A stretch of 64,000 nucleotides of DNA from Alphaproteobacteria bacterium (GTDB taxonomy: Bacteria > Pseudomonadota > Alphaproteobacteria > UBA828), in assembly GCA_965237415.1 (NCBI GenBank), contig CBDEFM010000001.1, positions 224,001 through 288,000 of the forward strand. The letters run 5' to 3'. Numbering within the stretch: position 1 is the stretch's first letter; every line of letters begins with the position of its first letter. Made by a program: the position numbers and the translations under genes. The notes under the pieces are model-generated. The model saw only the letters and a program-made list of their open reading frames with translations, searched no databases and was not told the DNA's origin. Of the stretch, positions 19,083 to 29,185 are shown in pieces.

Positions 19083-21251
19083 ATGCCACGTGATCCGAAA
19101 CACGACATCTTGTTCGAACCTATCGCAGTGGGCCCGAAAATCGCTAGGAATCGGTTCTGGCAGACACCGCATTGCGCTGGGCCGGGCTCCGAGAGACCGG
19201 GCGCGCAGGCAGCGTTCCGGGGCATGAAGGCCGAAGGCGGGTGGGGCACCGTGTTCACGGAATTCTGCTCGATCGATCCCGAATCCGACGACTATCCTTA
19301 CGTGTCCGCGCGCCTTTGGGATGAAGGCGACATCGTCAATCTGCGCCACCTCTGCGACACCCTTCACGGTCACGGTGCCCTGGCCGGCGTTCAGCTCTGG
19401 TATGGCGGTATCCAGTCGGCCTGCCTCGAATCCCGCGAGGTGCCGCGCAGTTCGGGCGACCTTCCATCCGACGGCTACCGCTCGCGAGCCCTTTACGGCT
19501 ACGAGGCCGACGCGAACGACATCAAGGCGCTCATCGAAATGTACGTGGAAGCGGCGAAGCGCGGCCAGCAGGCGGGCTTCGACATCCTCGAAGTGATCTG
19601 CAGCGACAGCAACATCACCATGCAGTTCTTCGAGCGGCGCTATAATCACCGAAACGACGGCTACGGCGGCTCGCTGGAGAACCGTGCGCGCTTCACTATC
19701 GAGGTCTTGAGCGCGCTCAAGAGCGCGTGCGGCGACGACAGCGCCATCTGTGCCCGGTTCAGTCTGGACACCACCCGCGGAGAAAGGGGCATCCAGCATT
19801 TCGACGAGGGCCTCGGCTTCTGTGAAATCCTGGCGCGCGAGGGCGTGGTGGACGTGCTGTCGACCAAGATCGGCGATCTCGAGGAGTGGGCGGGCGAGGA
19901 TGCCGGCGGCTCGCGCTTCCGCAAGACCAACTGGACCAGGCCGTTCGTCGATCAGGTCAAGTCCGTGATGGGCGATATACCGGTGGTCAACAACGGGCGC
20001 TTCACCAGTCCCGACGACATGGTCGGCGTCATCAACGCGGGCCAGTGCGATATCATCGGCGCGGCGCGGCCATCGATCGCCGACCCCTTCCTGCCGAAGA
20101 AGATCGAGGAAGGGCGCAGCGAGGACATTCGCGAGTGCATCGGCTGCAACATGTGCGTCTCGAAGTTTCAGCAGAACGGCCAGATTTACTGTACCCAGAA
20201 CGCGACCACGATGGAGGAATATCGCCGCGGCTGGCATCCCGAGAAGTTCGCGAAGACGACGGACCCCTGCGCGGTTCTGGTGGTGGGCGGCGGGCCGGCC
20301 GGCATGGAGTGCGCGCGGGTCTTGGGGGAACGCGGCTACGACGTGCACCTGCGCGAGGCCGAGGCCGAGCTCGGTGGTCTCTGGAAGGATGTCGCGCGTT
20401 ATCCGCGCTGCGCCGAGTGGGGCCGGGTCATCAGCTACCGGGAAATCCAGCTCGCCAAGCTCCGGAATGTTGAGGTTCATCTCGGCGTGGGCAGGATGAC
20501 GACGGACGACGTGCTCGACTATGGCGCCGATCGGGTGGTGATCGCGACAGGCTCGCGCTGGTCGGACAACGGGCTGGCGGCCGAGACGCACGCCCCGATC
20601 CCCGGCGCCGACGCGGCGCTGGCGCACTGTCTCACGCCCGAACAGGTCATGGCCGGGAAGCCCGTCGGCGAGCGGGTCGTGATCGTCGACGGTGACAACC
20701 ACTTTACCGGGGCTGCGATGGCCGAGCTTCTGGCCGATCAGGGCAAGCAGGTGACGATCGTGACCGATGCGGCCAACGTCGCGGAATACACCTACTTCAC
20801 GATGGAGATGGGCAACCTCAAACGCATGATGCACGAGAAGAGGATCGGGAAGTTCACCTGCCATTGGCTGGAACGGATCGCGCCCGGCGCAGTTACTCTG
20901 TACGACCTCTACCGCGACAGTCCCGATTTGACCGATCTCGGCAATGGGCGGTTCGGGCGCCGCGAGGGCACCGAGACCATCGAGGCGGCGTGCGACTCTG
21001 TTGTGCTGGTCACCGCGCGCGTCCCGAACGCCGCACTCTATCGAGAGCTCAAGGCGCGCGCCGGCGAGTGGCAGGCGAAGGAGATTCTCAACATCTACCG
21101 GGTCGGCGACTGCCGCGCGCCGCAACAATTGATGAACGCGATCTTCGACGCGCACCGGCTGGCACGCGAATTCGATTCACCGCACCCCGAGCGCCCCCTG
21201 CCGTGGATCCGGGAACGCCAGATCTGGGGCGCCGAGATACCGTCCGGCTGA
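19083..21251 (+). CDS. Trimethylamine/histamine dehydrogenase family flavoprotein (OYE-like FMN barrel, 4Fe-4S, ADP-binding), paralogue 1
   Basis: QTPHC, KAEGGW, ARPSIADPF, ECIGCNMC-x12-C, GGGPAG; RBS GGAGG before ATG 19083. Confidence 0.9.
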   Translation: MPRDPKHDILFEPIAVGPKIARNRFWQTPHCAGPGSERPGAQAAFRGMKAEGGWGTVFTEFCSIDPESDDYPYVSARLWDEGDIVNLRHLCDTLHGHGALAGVQLWYGGIQSACLESREVPRSSGDLPSDGYRSRALYGYEADANDIKALIEMYVEAAKRGQQAGFDILEVICSDSNITMQFFERRYNHRNDGYGGSLENRARFTIEVLSALKSACGDDSAICARFSLDTTRGERGIQHFDEGLGFCEILAREGVVDVLSTKIGDLEEWAGEDAGGSRFRKTNWTRPFVDQVKSVMGDIPVVNNGRFTSPDDMVGVINAGQCDIIGAARPSIADPFLPKKIEEGRSEDIRECIGCNMCVSKFQQNGQIYCTQNATTMEEYRRGWHPEKFAKTTDPCAVLVVGGGPAGMECARVLGERGYDVHLREAEAELGGLWKDVARYPRCAEWGRVISYREIQLAKLRNVEVHLGVGRMTTDDVLDYGADRVVIATGSRWSDNGLAAETHAPIPGADAALAHCLTPEQVMAGKPVGERVVIVDGDNHFTGAAMAELLADQGKQVTIVTDAANVAEYTYFTMEMGNLKRMMHEKRIGKFTCHWLERIAPGAVTLYDLYRDSPDLTDLGNGRFGRREGTETIEAACDSVVLVTARVPNAALYRELKARAGEWQAKEILNIYRVGDCRAPQQLMNAIFDAHRLAREFDSPHPERPLPWIRERQIWGAEIPSG

Positions 21252-21265
21252 CCGGAGGCCATCCC

Positions 21266-21394
21266 TCAGTCGGTGTCGAGCCTCTCAGCGGGCGGGACCA
21301 CGTCGGTTGCCAGGTCGCGGATCACCCGCGTGTTGCAGAGCGGCTCCAGCGTCATGGTATTGCGCTCAAGGCGGGTCGCGCAGGTCTCCGTCCA
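21266..21394 (-). pseudogene. Remnant of an SdhB/FrdB-type 2Fe-2S domain protein
   Basis: Manual translation WTETCATRLERNTMTLEPLCNTRVIRDLATDVVPPAERLDTD*; LEPL..RVIRDL motif; cut at CTAA 21395. Confidence 0.5.
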
Positions 21395-21764
21395 CTAAGC
21401 TGGGCGCGTAAACCATACCGCGACGTTAGCGTCCAATGCGGCGGGTGTAGGCGCCGTAGGTCTCGATCGGGTACGCATTTCGGTCGCTCCTGACGGATCG
21501 AACGCCTGGGCGCAACGCCATCCGTAATCGTGAAGCAAAATCCGGACTAAGAACTGGGTCACGGAGCTTGGTGTCAGCGGCAGAGAGACTATGCGCCGGC
21601 GCTGGAGCGCGCCCCGGAGACCGGACGGATCGTGGGTCGTGATCCGATTGCTTGCACTCGGACCGTGCACTTGTATCGCCTTTGGCACTATCCTATCCTG
21701 ACGGTCTCGTTGCACCGCTTTCCCTTCGAATATTCAATAATCGACCGTAGAGGTGAGTATTGCG

Positions 21765-22535
21765 ATGATGAACTTCAGTGGAAAAGTCGCGTTGATCACG
21801 GGATCCACTACTGGCATCGGTGAGGCCTGCGCCAATGCTTTCGCTGAGGCAAGGGCGTCGGTAATGGTCACCGGCCGCAACGAAGAGCGCGGCTCATCCG
21901 TTGTCGCGGCGCTAAAAGCGCAGGGAGCCGATGCCGATTTTTTGGCGTGCGATGTGCGCGCCGAAGGGGTCGGGGACAGGCTCGTCTCGGCGACTGTCGA
22001 GCGCTTTGGTGCTCTCGACGTATTGGTGAACAATGCGGGAGTTCTCAGCGCCGGCGACGTCGTAGAAACAACCGAGGAGCAATGGCGCGAGATCGTCGAT
22101 GTCAACATAACCTCGCTCTTTGTGATTAGTAAGTCGGCGGTTGTGCAGATGCGTAAGCAGGGAGGCGGCTGCATTATCAATCTTGCTTCGGAATGGGGCC
22201 TCAATGGCGAGGCCGGCTACCTCGCCTATTGCACGAGCAAGGGTGCCGTGGTGCAGATGACTCGGTGTATGAGCCTCGATCACGCGCAAGAGAATATACG
22301 GGTCAACTCGGTCTGTCCCGGCGAGGTACATACCCAGATGGTCGACGAGATGTTGAAGGAGGCCGGCAGCACGCCGGAGGAGCTGGCGTCGGGCGTGCCC
22401 ATGCGTCGCCTGGCGAAGCCCAGCGAGGTGGCGAATTGCGTGTTGTTTCTAGCCAGCGATCTTTCCAGTTACGTCACCGGAACGAACTTCTCAGTCGATG
22501 GCGGAAACGACGCCACCGGAGGGGGCTATCCCTGA
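21765..22535 (+). CDS. SDR family oxidoreductase
   Basis: TGSTTGIG, NNAG, YCTSK, VDGG. Confidence 0.9.
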   Translation: MMNFSGKVALITGSTTGIGEACANAFAEARASVMVTGRNEERGSSVVAALKAQGADADFLACDVRAEGVGDRLVSATVERFGALDVLVNNAGVLSAGDVVETTEEQWREIVDVNITSLFVISKSAVVQMRKQGGGCIINLASEWGLNGEAGYLAYCTSKGAVVQMTRCMSLDHAQENIRVNSVCPGEVHTQMVDEMLKEAGSTPEELASGVPMRRLAKPSEVANCVLFLASDLSSYVTGTNFSVDGGNDATGGGYP

Positions 22536-22689
22536 CGCTCGTGCCCGCCCAAGGTGACTGCGAGCCCTAAGCGGCGACCCGCATTCCGCTGGTTAGAGGA
22601 CGATTGCTTCATCGGCGTCGCACCCGCGCGGCTCCTCGATGAGCAGGGGTGGCAGGCAGCAGGAGCGCGGCCGCGAGACGGCACGCTCC

Positions 22690-23063
22690 TCAGCCCTTCA
22701 CTGCGCCGAAGGTGAGGCCGCGAACCAGGTAGCGTTTCACAAAGAAAATCAGGACAAGCACCGGCACGCTCTGGAAGATGCAGGCGGCCGCGACCTGCGG
22801 CCACAGACCCTTGGGGTGCCCCACCAGAGACGGGATCATCGCCGTGAACGTGCGGTCCTCGCCTCCCGTGAGGACCAACGCGAACAAAAGCTCGTTCCAG
22901 GAGAATATCAGGACGAAAATGATAACCGCCACCAGTCCCGTGTATGTCATCGGCAACGCGATTTGAAAGAACACGCGAAACGGACCCGCACCGTCGAGAA
23001 AGGCTGCCTCCTCCACCTCCCGAGGGACGTCGTCGAAGAATGATTTCATCATCCAGACCAATA
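22690..23063 (-). pseudogene. 5'-truncated carbohydrate ABC permease (MalG-like)
   Basis: EEAAFLDG, SWNEL, GLTFGAVKG; cut exactly at the IS21 end (23064). Confidence 0.85.
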
Positions 23064-23200
23064 TGTCAACGGCGGCGAGATTATGTACCGGCGCGGCGGC
23101 GCAAAGTTGTGCCACGGGCTGGGTGGCAGCTTGTCCCTGTAGATCCTATGAGGCGACTCGGCGAGCGGCGCTACGGTGCCGCCGGCCAGGAATCCTCAAC

Positions 23201-24394
23201 ATGAGACACGAGATGCCCCCAAGTAGCGACATCGTCGCGTCGGTCGGCGCGGAGCACAACACGCTGTACGTCGCGATCGAGATAAGCCGGAAGAGTTGGG
23301 TGGTTGGGATCAAGAGCCCGGCGAGTGAGCGGATCGGCCTGCACTCGCTTGCGGCAGCGGACGTCGTAGGTCTTCTGATCGAGCATCAGCAGACCAGGGC
23401 CGAACGCGCGCTCGGCCGTGAAGTGCGTGTTCTGTGCTGTTACGAAGCGGGCTATGAGGGGTTCTGGCTGGCGCGCTGGCTGGACCGAACGATGTCTGTC
23501 GAGACGGTCGTGCTCGATCCTGCGAGCCTTTTGGTGAACCGAAAGGCGAAGCAGCGCAAGACGGATCGGATCGACGCCAGGAAGATGGTGCGCGCGCTGC
23601 TGGCGCACGACCGGGGCGACGCGGCGGTGCTCAGCCGGGTGCGGATACCGAGCGTTGAGGAGGAAGACCGCAAGCGATTGCTCCGGGAGCGCCGGCGCCT
23701 GGTGAAGGAGCGGACATCGCTGACCAACGCGGTCAAAGGGCTCCTGAAGCTGCCCGGCATCTTCGACCTGCAGCCCCGCGCCAAGGGCTTCGAGGCCCGG
23801 TTCGCCGAAGTGAGGACCGCATACGGATCGACGTTCCCGCCGTGGGCCCGGCAGGAGATCCTGCGCCTTGCGGAGCGGTTGTCCCTCGTGGAGCGCCAGA
23901 TCGCGCAGGTCGAGGCCGAGCGCGACGCGATCGTCCGCCAGGGCGAGGCTCTCGCGGTGCCGGTGGCGCCCGAGGGAAGCGATGCGCAGGCGGCGGCGAG
24001 AATGGCGACGCTGACCCGGTTGAAGGGGATCGGCGAGAACGACGCGACCCTGCTGACGCACGAGATCTTCTATCGCGGGTTCCGCAACCGCCGGGAGCTC
24101 GCGAGCTGGGTTGGTATAACGCCAACCCCTTGGGCGAGCGGGGACACGCAACGCGACCAGGGGATCAGCCGTGACGGTCCAGCCTGGATCCGGGCTCAGC
24201 TCGTTCAAATGGCGTGGCGCTGGTTGCGCCATCAGCCAGACAGCGCGCTTAGCAAATGGTTCGAAGACCGAACCGCGGGAGGCCGGGGACGAATCCGTCG
24301 TGTGATGGTCGTAGCGCTCGCCCGCAAGCTGCTCATCGCTCTCTGGCGGTTCTGTGAGACCGGTCTCGTGCCGACAGGCGCCAGGCTCGCCTGA
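23201..24394 (+). CDS. IS110 family recombinase/transposase
   Basis: AIEIS, YEAG, KTDRID (DEDD-type RuvC with first acidic residue E); GIG..A, GITPTPWASG, ALARKL. Confidence 0.92.
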   Translation: MRHEMPPSSDIVASVGAEHNTLYVAIEISRKSWVVGIKSPASERIGLHSLAAADVVGLLIEHQQTRAERALGREVRVLCCYEAGYEGFWLARWLDRTMSVETVVLDPASLLVNRKAKQRKTDRIDARKMVRALLAHDRGDAAVLSRVRIPSVEEEDRKRLLRERRRLVKERTSLTNAVKGLLKLPGIFDLQPRAKGFEARFAEVRTAYGSTFPPWARQEILRLAERLSLVERQIAQVEAERDAIVRQGEALAVPVAPEGSDAQAAARMATLTRLKGIGENDATLLTHEIFYRGFRNRRELASWVGITPTPWASGDTQRDQGISRDGPAWIRAQLVQMAWRWLRHQPDSALSKWFEDRTAGGRGRIRRVMVVALARKLLIALWRFCETGLVPTGARLA

Positions 24395-24587
24395 TCCTGA
24401 GACCGCACTGTTCCAGTCCGGCCGGACGCGGCCGGCGCTGGGCCGGGTGGTGAGTGGCCGACCGTGGACAGGGCAGAAAGACGCCGCCCCGTAGAAGGGT
24501 CCCGCCTCCGGAACGCTGTGCCCGCAGCAAGCGGGATTGGGGGACGGATCCGGCGCATCGGCGCCGGAAACCGCCCGAATAAAAGTT
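24395..24587 (+). ncRNA. Predicted bridge/seek RNA region of the IS110 (continues at 25622-~25747 after the IS1595 insertion)
   Basis: CCGTGGACAGGG (24462-73) is the reverse complement of the reconstructed target; ATAAAAGT (24579-86) matches the donor junction; hairpin ccggcgc-atcg-gcgccgg. RNA ends unknown. Confidence 0.7.
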
Positions 24588-25613
24588 GGCTCAATTCGCG
24601 AATCATATGCGCTACCTCGTCACGGCGGCGGCGAGGCAGGCGCGATCATTGGCGCCGGGGGCGAGGCCGACGAGGTGGAACCAGCTCAGATAGTTGTCCA
24701 GATAGCGGGTGGCGACCCCGCGGCGAGGTCGCAGGAAGTCCTTCCTCCGGCTGTGGCGGCTGTTCACCGTCTGCACATGCAGATCGCCCCGAACCCGTTC
24801 CCCAATCGACCGGTTGAGTGCTTCGTGGCTCACCCCGAGCGCGGCGGCGCACGGCGGGTAGCTCGCGCCGCCGTCGGAGACCAGCAGGGCGTCCCTGGCG
24901 AGCACCGGATCGAGGGCGGCCGTGAGGGCCGTCGCGTCAACCCTGGGCAGCACCGCGCTGAACGTCGTCCCGCTCCGGTCCGCTGCCATGAGAACCGGCA
25001 CCTGCTCGCGCGAGAGGCCACGCTTCTTCGCCTTGCCGCCCCGCCGCCGTGCCTTGCGCCCCAGCTTGCGCGCCCCCTTCCGGCTCTCCAGCACATAGGT
25101 CTCGTCCGCTTCCACGATCCCCTTGAGCACCCCCGAACGATGACGGGCCGCCGCCAGAAACCGATGACGCCAGCGGAACGCCGTGCTCACCGCCACATCG
25201 CAGCGCTCTGCCGACGCCTTCACCGTCTCCCCCTCCGCAAGCGAGGCCCCGAACGACAGCCAGCGCTCCTTGTGGTGCAAGCCCGACAGCGGGGTGCCGG
25301 TTAGCGCGTTGAAGGTCCTGCCGCAGCCTTTGCATTGGTAGCGCCGAAGACCACGTGCCTTGCCCCGTGAAACCGCCCCCTCCCGCGCGCAATGCGGACA
25401 GCGCCGGGCCTCGTCCACAGCGAGTTCGATCGCCGCCTTCGACGCCTCGCCCGTACTCCGGCCAGACAGAACCGCCCAGTGCCTCGCGCCGCTGTGCCCG
25501 CGTCAGCCCGCTCGCCGCCGAAAGCCAGCCCTGAAAATCCTGACTATCCATGACCAAACCTCCTGAGATTCGGGCCATTCTACCAACGATGCGTACGATT
25601 TGCGAATTGAGCC
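24588..25613 (-). mobile_element. IS1595-family element
   Basis: 23-bp TIRs GGCTCAATTCGCGAATCATATGC / GGCTCAATTCGCAAATCGTACGC (3 mismatches); 8-bp TSD TAAAAGTT at 24580-87 and 25614-21. Confidence 0.92.
24612..25551 (-). pseudogene. IS1595 transposase with a +1 frameshift near 25476
   Basis: MDSQDFQGWL... in one frame joins CPHC...CKGC, VEADETY, SDG, VNSRHS in another. Confidence 0.8.
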
Positions 25614-26302
25614 TAAAAGTTGGGCATCCGCACGGTCGTGCGACCCATGCGAGAAGCGTTCCGACCCGGCAAGACGCGCCGCCGATCTGGCCAACCAAAG
25701 GAGACAAGACATGCTCGAGACATAGCGTGCATCGCACCTTGACTTCTGTTGCCTCATAAAAGTCCACGGGAGGGACCCGCGCGCGCGGGTCGACGCGCCC
25801 TGTGCGCGGCTGGCGGCGGCCCGCGCGTGGGTGGGGCCTATGGGCCCACGGGGACAAGCGGGGGGTTATTCGGACGGGCGCTGGCGTCGCGATCGGCTCT
25901 GCCTGAGCCGGTAGCTGTCTGCGTTCATCTCCAGGATATGGACATGGTGGGTGATGCGGTCGAGCAGCGCGCCGGTGAGGCGCTCGCTGGCGAAGACCGT
26001 TGTCCATTCCTGGAAGGGCAGGTTTGAGGTCACGATTGTGGCGCCGTTTTCGTAGCGCCGGCTGAAGACGTCGAACAGCAGTTCGCTTCCGGTCTGCGAG
26101 AGGGGCACGTAGCCGAGCTCGTCGACGATCAGGAGATTGACCCTGGCGAGCTGGTCCTGGAGGCGGAGGAGCCTCTTCTCGTCGCGCGCCTCGATCATCT
26201 CGTGGACCAGGTGAGAGGCGGTGGTGAAGCGCACGGAGAGGCCCTTCTGGCAGGCGGCAAGCCCGAGGGCGAGCGCGACATGCGTCTTGCCGACGCCTGA
26301 CG

Positions 26303-26773
26303 GAACAGCCACACACTGCCCGATACCAGGGCGGTCCGACGAAGATCCACTACCCCTTCCACCCCCGCACGGGCCAGCGCGTGGAAGTGGTTCGGCGCCA
26401 CCGCTTCAAGGGGACCATGATCTACGTCGTCCGCCAGCCGGATGGCACGCTGGCGCAGATACCGACCTGGATGTGCTTTCCAGACGCGGCGGCGATGACG
26501 GTGACGGATCAGCCGCGGATCGCGCTGGACGCCCTGCGCGACCTCCGTTCGGACATCGACGCTGTTCTACCATCGCCCTCCCGCATGGATTTGGGAGGGC
26601 GACATGGGAAGACAGGGAGAGCTGTTGGAACTACTGGAGCCGGGTCCGGCACTCACGCCGGCGATGCGAGGGGCGGTAATCCCGATACTGGCGGCGCTGC
26701 TGCTCGAAGCGGCAGCGAACCCGACGGAGGACATGGCGGACGGGACGGCCACGGAGAAGGAGGCGGGCGATGA
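26303..26773 (+). CDS. DUF5372 / Y4bD-like accessory protein lacking its start codon in the integrated state
   Basis: IHYPFHPRTGQRVEVVRR...DGTLAQIPTWM; frame open to the element's left end; family assignment from memory of the motif. Confidence 0.6.
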   Translation, partial: EQPHTARYQGGPTKIHYPFHPRTGQRVEVVRRHRFKGTMIYVVRQPDGTLAQIPTWMCFPDAAAMTVTDQPRIALDALRDLRSDIDAVLPSPSRMDLGGRHGKTGRAVGTTGAGSGTHAGDARGGNPDTGGAAARSGSEPDGGHGGRDGHGEGGGR

Positions 26774-26789
26774 ACAAGATCGCGCCTGA
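26604..26789 (+). CDS. Small hypothetical protein upstream of the recombinase
   Basis: RBS GGGAGG before ATG; 61 aa; overlaps the recombinase start. Confidence 0.55.
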   Translation: MGRQGELLELLEPGPALTPAMRGAVIPILAALLLEAAANPTEDMADGTATEKEAGDEQDRA

Positions 26790-28829
26790 CCATCTGGCGC
26801 GCGAGGCGGTCGTCTACATTCGGCAGTCGACGCCGGACCAGCTGCGGCACAACCACGAGAGCCGCCGTCGTCAGTACGGCCTTGCGGATCGGGCTCGCGG
26901 TCTGGGCTGGGACGAGCCCGTGATTATCGACGAGGATCTCGGCCGCTCTGGAGGCGGAACGTCGCGGCCGGGCTTCGATCGGCTGCTGCTGGCGATCTGC
27001 GAAGGGCGCGTCGGCATCGTGCTGTCGCTGGAGGCTTCGAGGCTCGCTCGAAACGGCCGCGACTGGCACACGCTGCTGGAGTTCTGCGCGCTTGTGGGCT
27101 GCCTGCTGGGCGACGAGGACGGCTTGTATGATCCTCGCCTGCCGAACGACCGTCTATTGCTGGGTATGAAGGGGACGCTGTCGGAGATGGAGCTCTCGAC
27201 GCTGCGCCAGCGCTCGCTCGAGGCGCTGCGCCTGAAGGCGTCCCGTGGCGAGCTATTCCTCAGCGTCGCGGTGGGCTACGTGAAGGTCCGATGCGACCGG
27301 ATCGCCAAGGATCCCGACCGGCGCGTGCGTGAGGCAATCGATCTCGTGTTCCGCAAGTTCGCGGAGTTCCGGAGCATCCGCCAGGTCCACCTCTGGCTGC
27401 GGCAGGAGGAAGTGCTGCTGCCGGCCGTCAGGATCGTTGGCAAGGAGCGCCATATTGTCTGGAAGCCGCCGGTCTACGGCACCGTCCACAAGCTGATGAC
27501 CAACCCCGTCTACGCCGGCGCGTACGCGTTTGGCCGGACGGAGAGCCGCGTGACCGTCGAGAACGGACGCAAGCGCGTCACGCGCGGCTTTCGCCGCGAT
27601 CGCGCGGACTGGGACGTGTTGATCCGCGATCACCACGAAGGCTACGTTTCCTGGGACGAGTACGAGAGGAACCAGCGTCTGATCGCCGACAACGCCAACT
27701 GCGGGGCTTGATGGCAAGGGGCGCCGTGCGCCGCGGCGATGCGCTGCTCGCGGGCCTGCTGCGCTGCGGACACTGCGGCCGGCGTGTGCACGTCCACTAC
27801 AGCGGCACCAAGGGGTACTGCGTCCGTTACGGCTGCCAAGGCGCGCATGTCAACCACGGCACCAGGCCGTGCATCGCCTTCGGCGGCTTGCGCGTGGATA
27901 CTGCGGTCGGCGATGCAGTGCTGCGACTGCTATCTCCGCTCGGCGTCGAAGCGGCGCTGGCCGCCATCGAGACCCGTGAGAGCGACAACGCCGAGATCCG
28001 ACGGCAGGCGGAGCTGGCGCTGACGCAGGCGCGCTACGAGGCCGATCTGGCACAGCGCCAATACGATGCCGTCGATCCAGCTAACCGCCTTGTCGCGGCC
28101 GAGCTGGAGCGACGGTGGAACGACCGGCTGGCGGATGTGCGCCGGCAGGAGGAGCGGCTCGCCGCCACTGCGGCCGCCCGTCCGGAGGCACCGTCATGCG
28201 CGGAGAAACAGCGCTTGATGGCGCTGGGCGATGATCTCTCGACGGCGTGGTCGCGCCCCGATGCCACCGCCGAGACGCGCAAGGCCATCCTGCGCGCGGT
28301 TCTGGAGGAGATCGTCGTCACGCTGGCCGATGGCTGCGTTGACCTTCTTCTCCACTGGCGTGGCGGCGACCACACGCGTCTGAGCGTGCCGCGCAACCGT
28401 AGGGGACAGCATCGCTGGGCGGCGAGCGCCGAGGTGGTCGACCTGGTTCGCGGACTGGCGAGGCAGCTGCCGGACGGCGCGATCGCGGCCACGCTCAACC
28501 GCCTCGGCAAGAAGACCGGGCGAGGCAACTCGTGGACGGAAGCGCGGGTGCGCACCTTCCGCAATAGCCGTGGCGTTGCCGTCTTCCGATCAGGCGAGAT
28601 GGCGGAGCGGGGCGAGCTGACGCTGACCGATGCCGCCGCACGGCTCGGCATCAGCAAGATGACGGTGCTGCGGTTGATTGCGGGCGGCACAATCGACGCC
28701 ACGCAGGTGTGCAAGGGAGGGCCATGGGCCATCCCGGAGGCGCTGATAGACGCCCTGTACGGCACTGACCTGCGCCAATCGCGCCCGCTAACAGCCGATC
28801 CGAACCAGGAACAGCTGGATTTTCAATAA
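26770..28829 (+). pseudogene. Large serine recombinase (resolvase + recombinase + Zn-ribbon + HTH), frameshifted near 27705
   Basis: YIRQST (catalytic Ser), D-GRSG, SRLARN, LRCGHCG, C-terminal HTH; split into ORFs 26770-27711 and 27708-28829. Confidence 0.85.
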
Positions 28830-29185
28830 CGTAGCGAGGTGTGCATTATGCACTCGGACTCGAGGGCCCGAGCAGGATCGCGTTCTCGCGCCGCTCGATC
28901 CACTCGCAGCGCGCCAACTCCAGCACCTGCGCCTTGTTCAGCGCGGGGATGGCCTTGAAGTCGAAGCTCTCGAGCTGTTTGACGACGGGGAACCTGGCCT
29001 GCCTGATGCGCCGCTCGACCAGGCGGCGCTCGCGGTCGATCATCTCCAGCTCCACCAGCCGGGCCAGGAACCGCACATGATCCAGCCCCTCGGCCGTGCA
29101 CTGGCGCGCCAGTTTCTCGTACTCGCGCAGAAAGGTCGGCAGCTTCAATCTCTTCAGGTGATGCTCGAGCAGGATGCGGGGGGCC

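Larger units (their letters stand above)
23141..25763 (+). mobile_element. IS110 family, IS1111-type element, inserted in the IS21 non-coding end
   Basis: Sub-terminal IRs TATGAGGCGAC (23147) and GTTGCCTCATA (25748-25758), 10/11 match; GT core at 23139-40 and 25762-63; long downstream non-coding region. Confidence 0.85.
26301..28863 (+). mobile_element. Large-serine-recombinase element (~2.56 kb) integrated in istB
   Basis: Shared GA dinucleotide at 26299-300 and 28862-63; removal restores G-P-S-G-V-G-K-T in frame. Confidence 0.85.

Noticed and set aside
21395-21551. Segment flanked by CTAAG direct repeats as a possible MITE
   Set aside because: No terminal inverted repeats and no second copy seen
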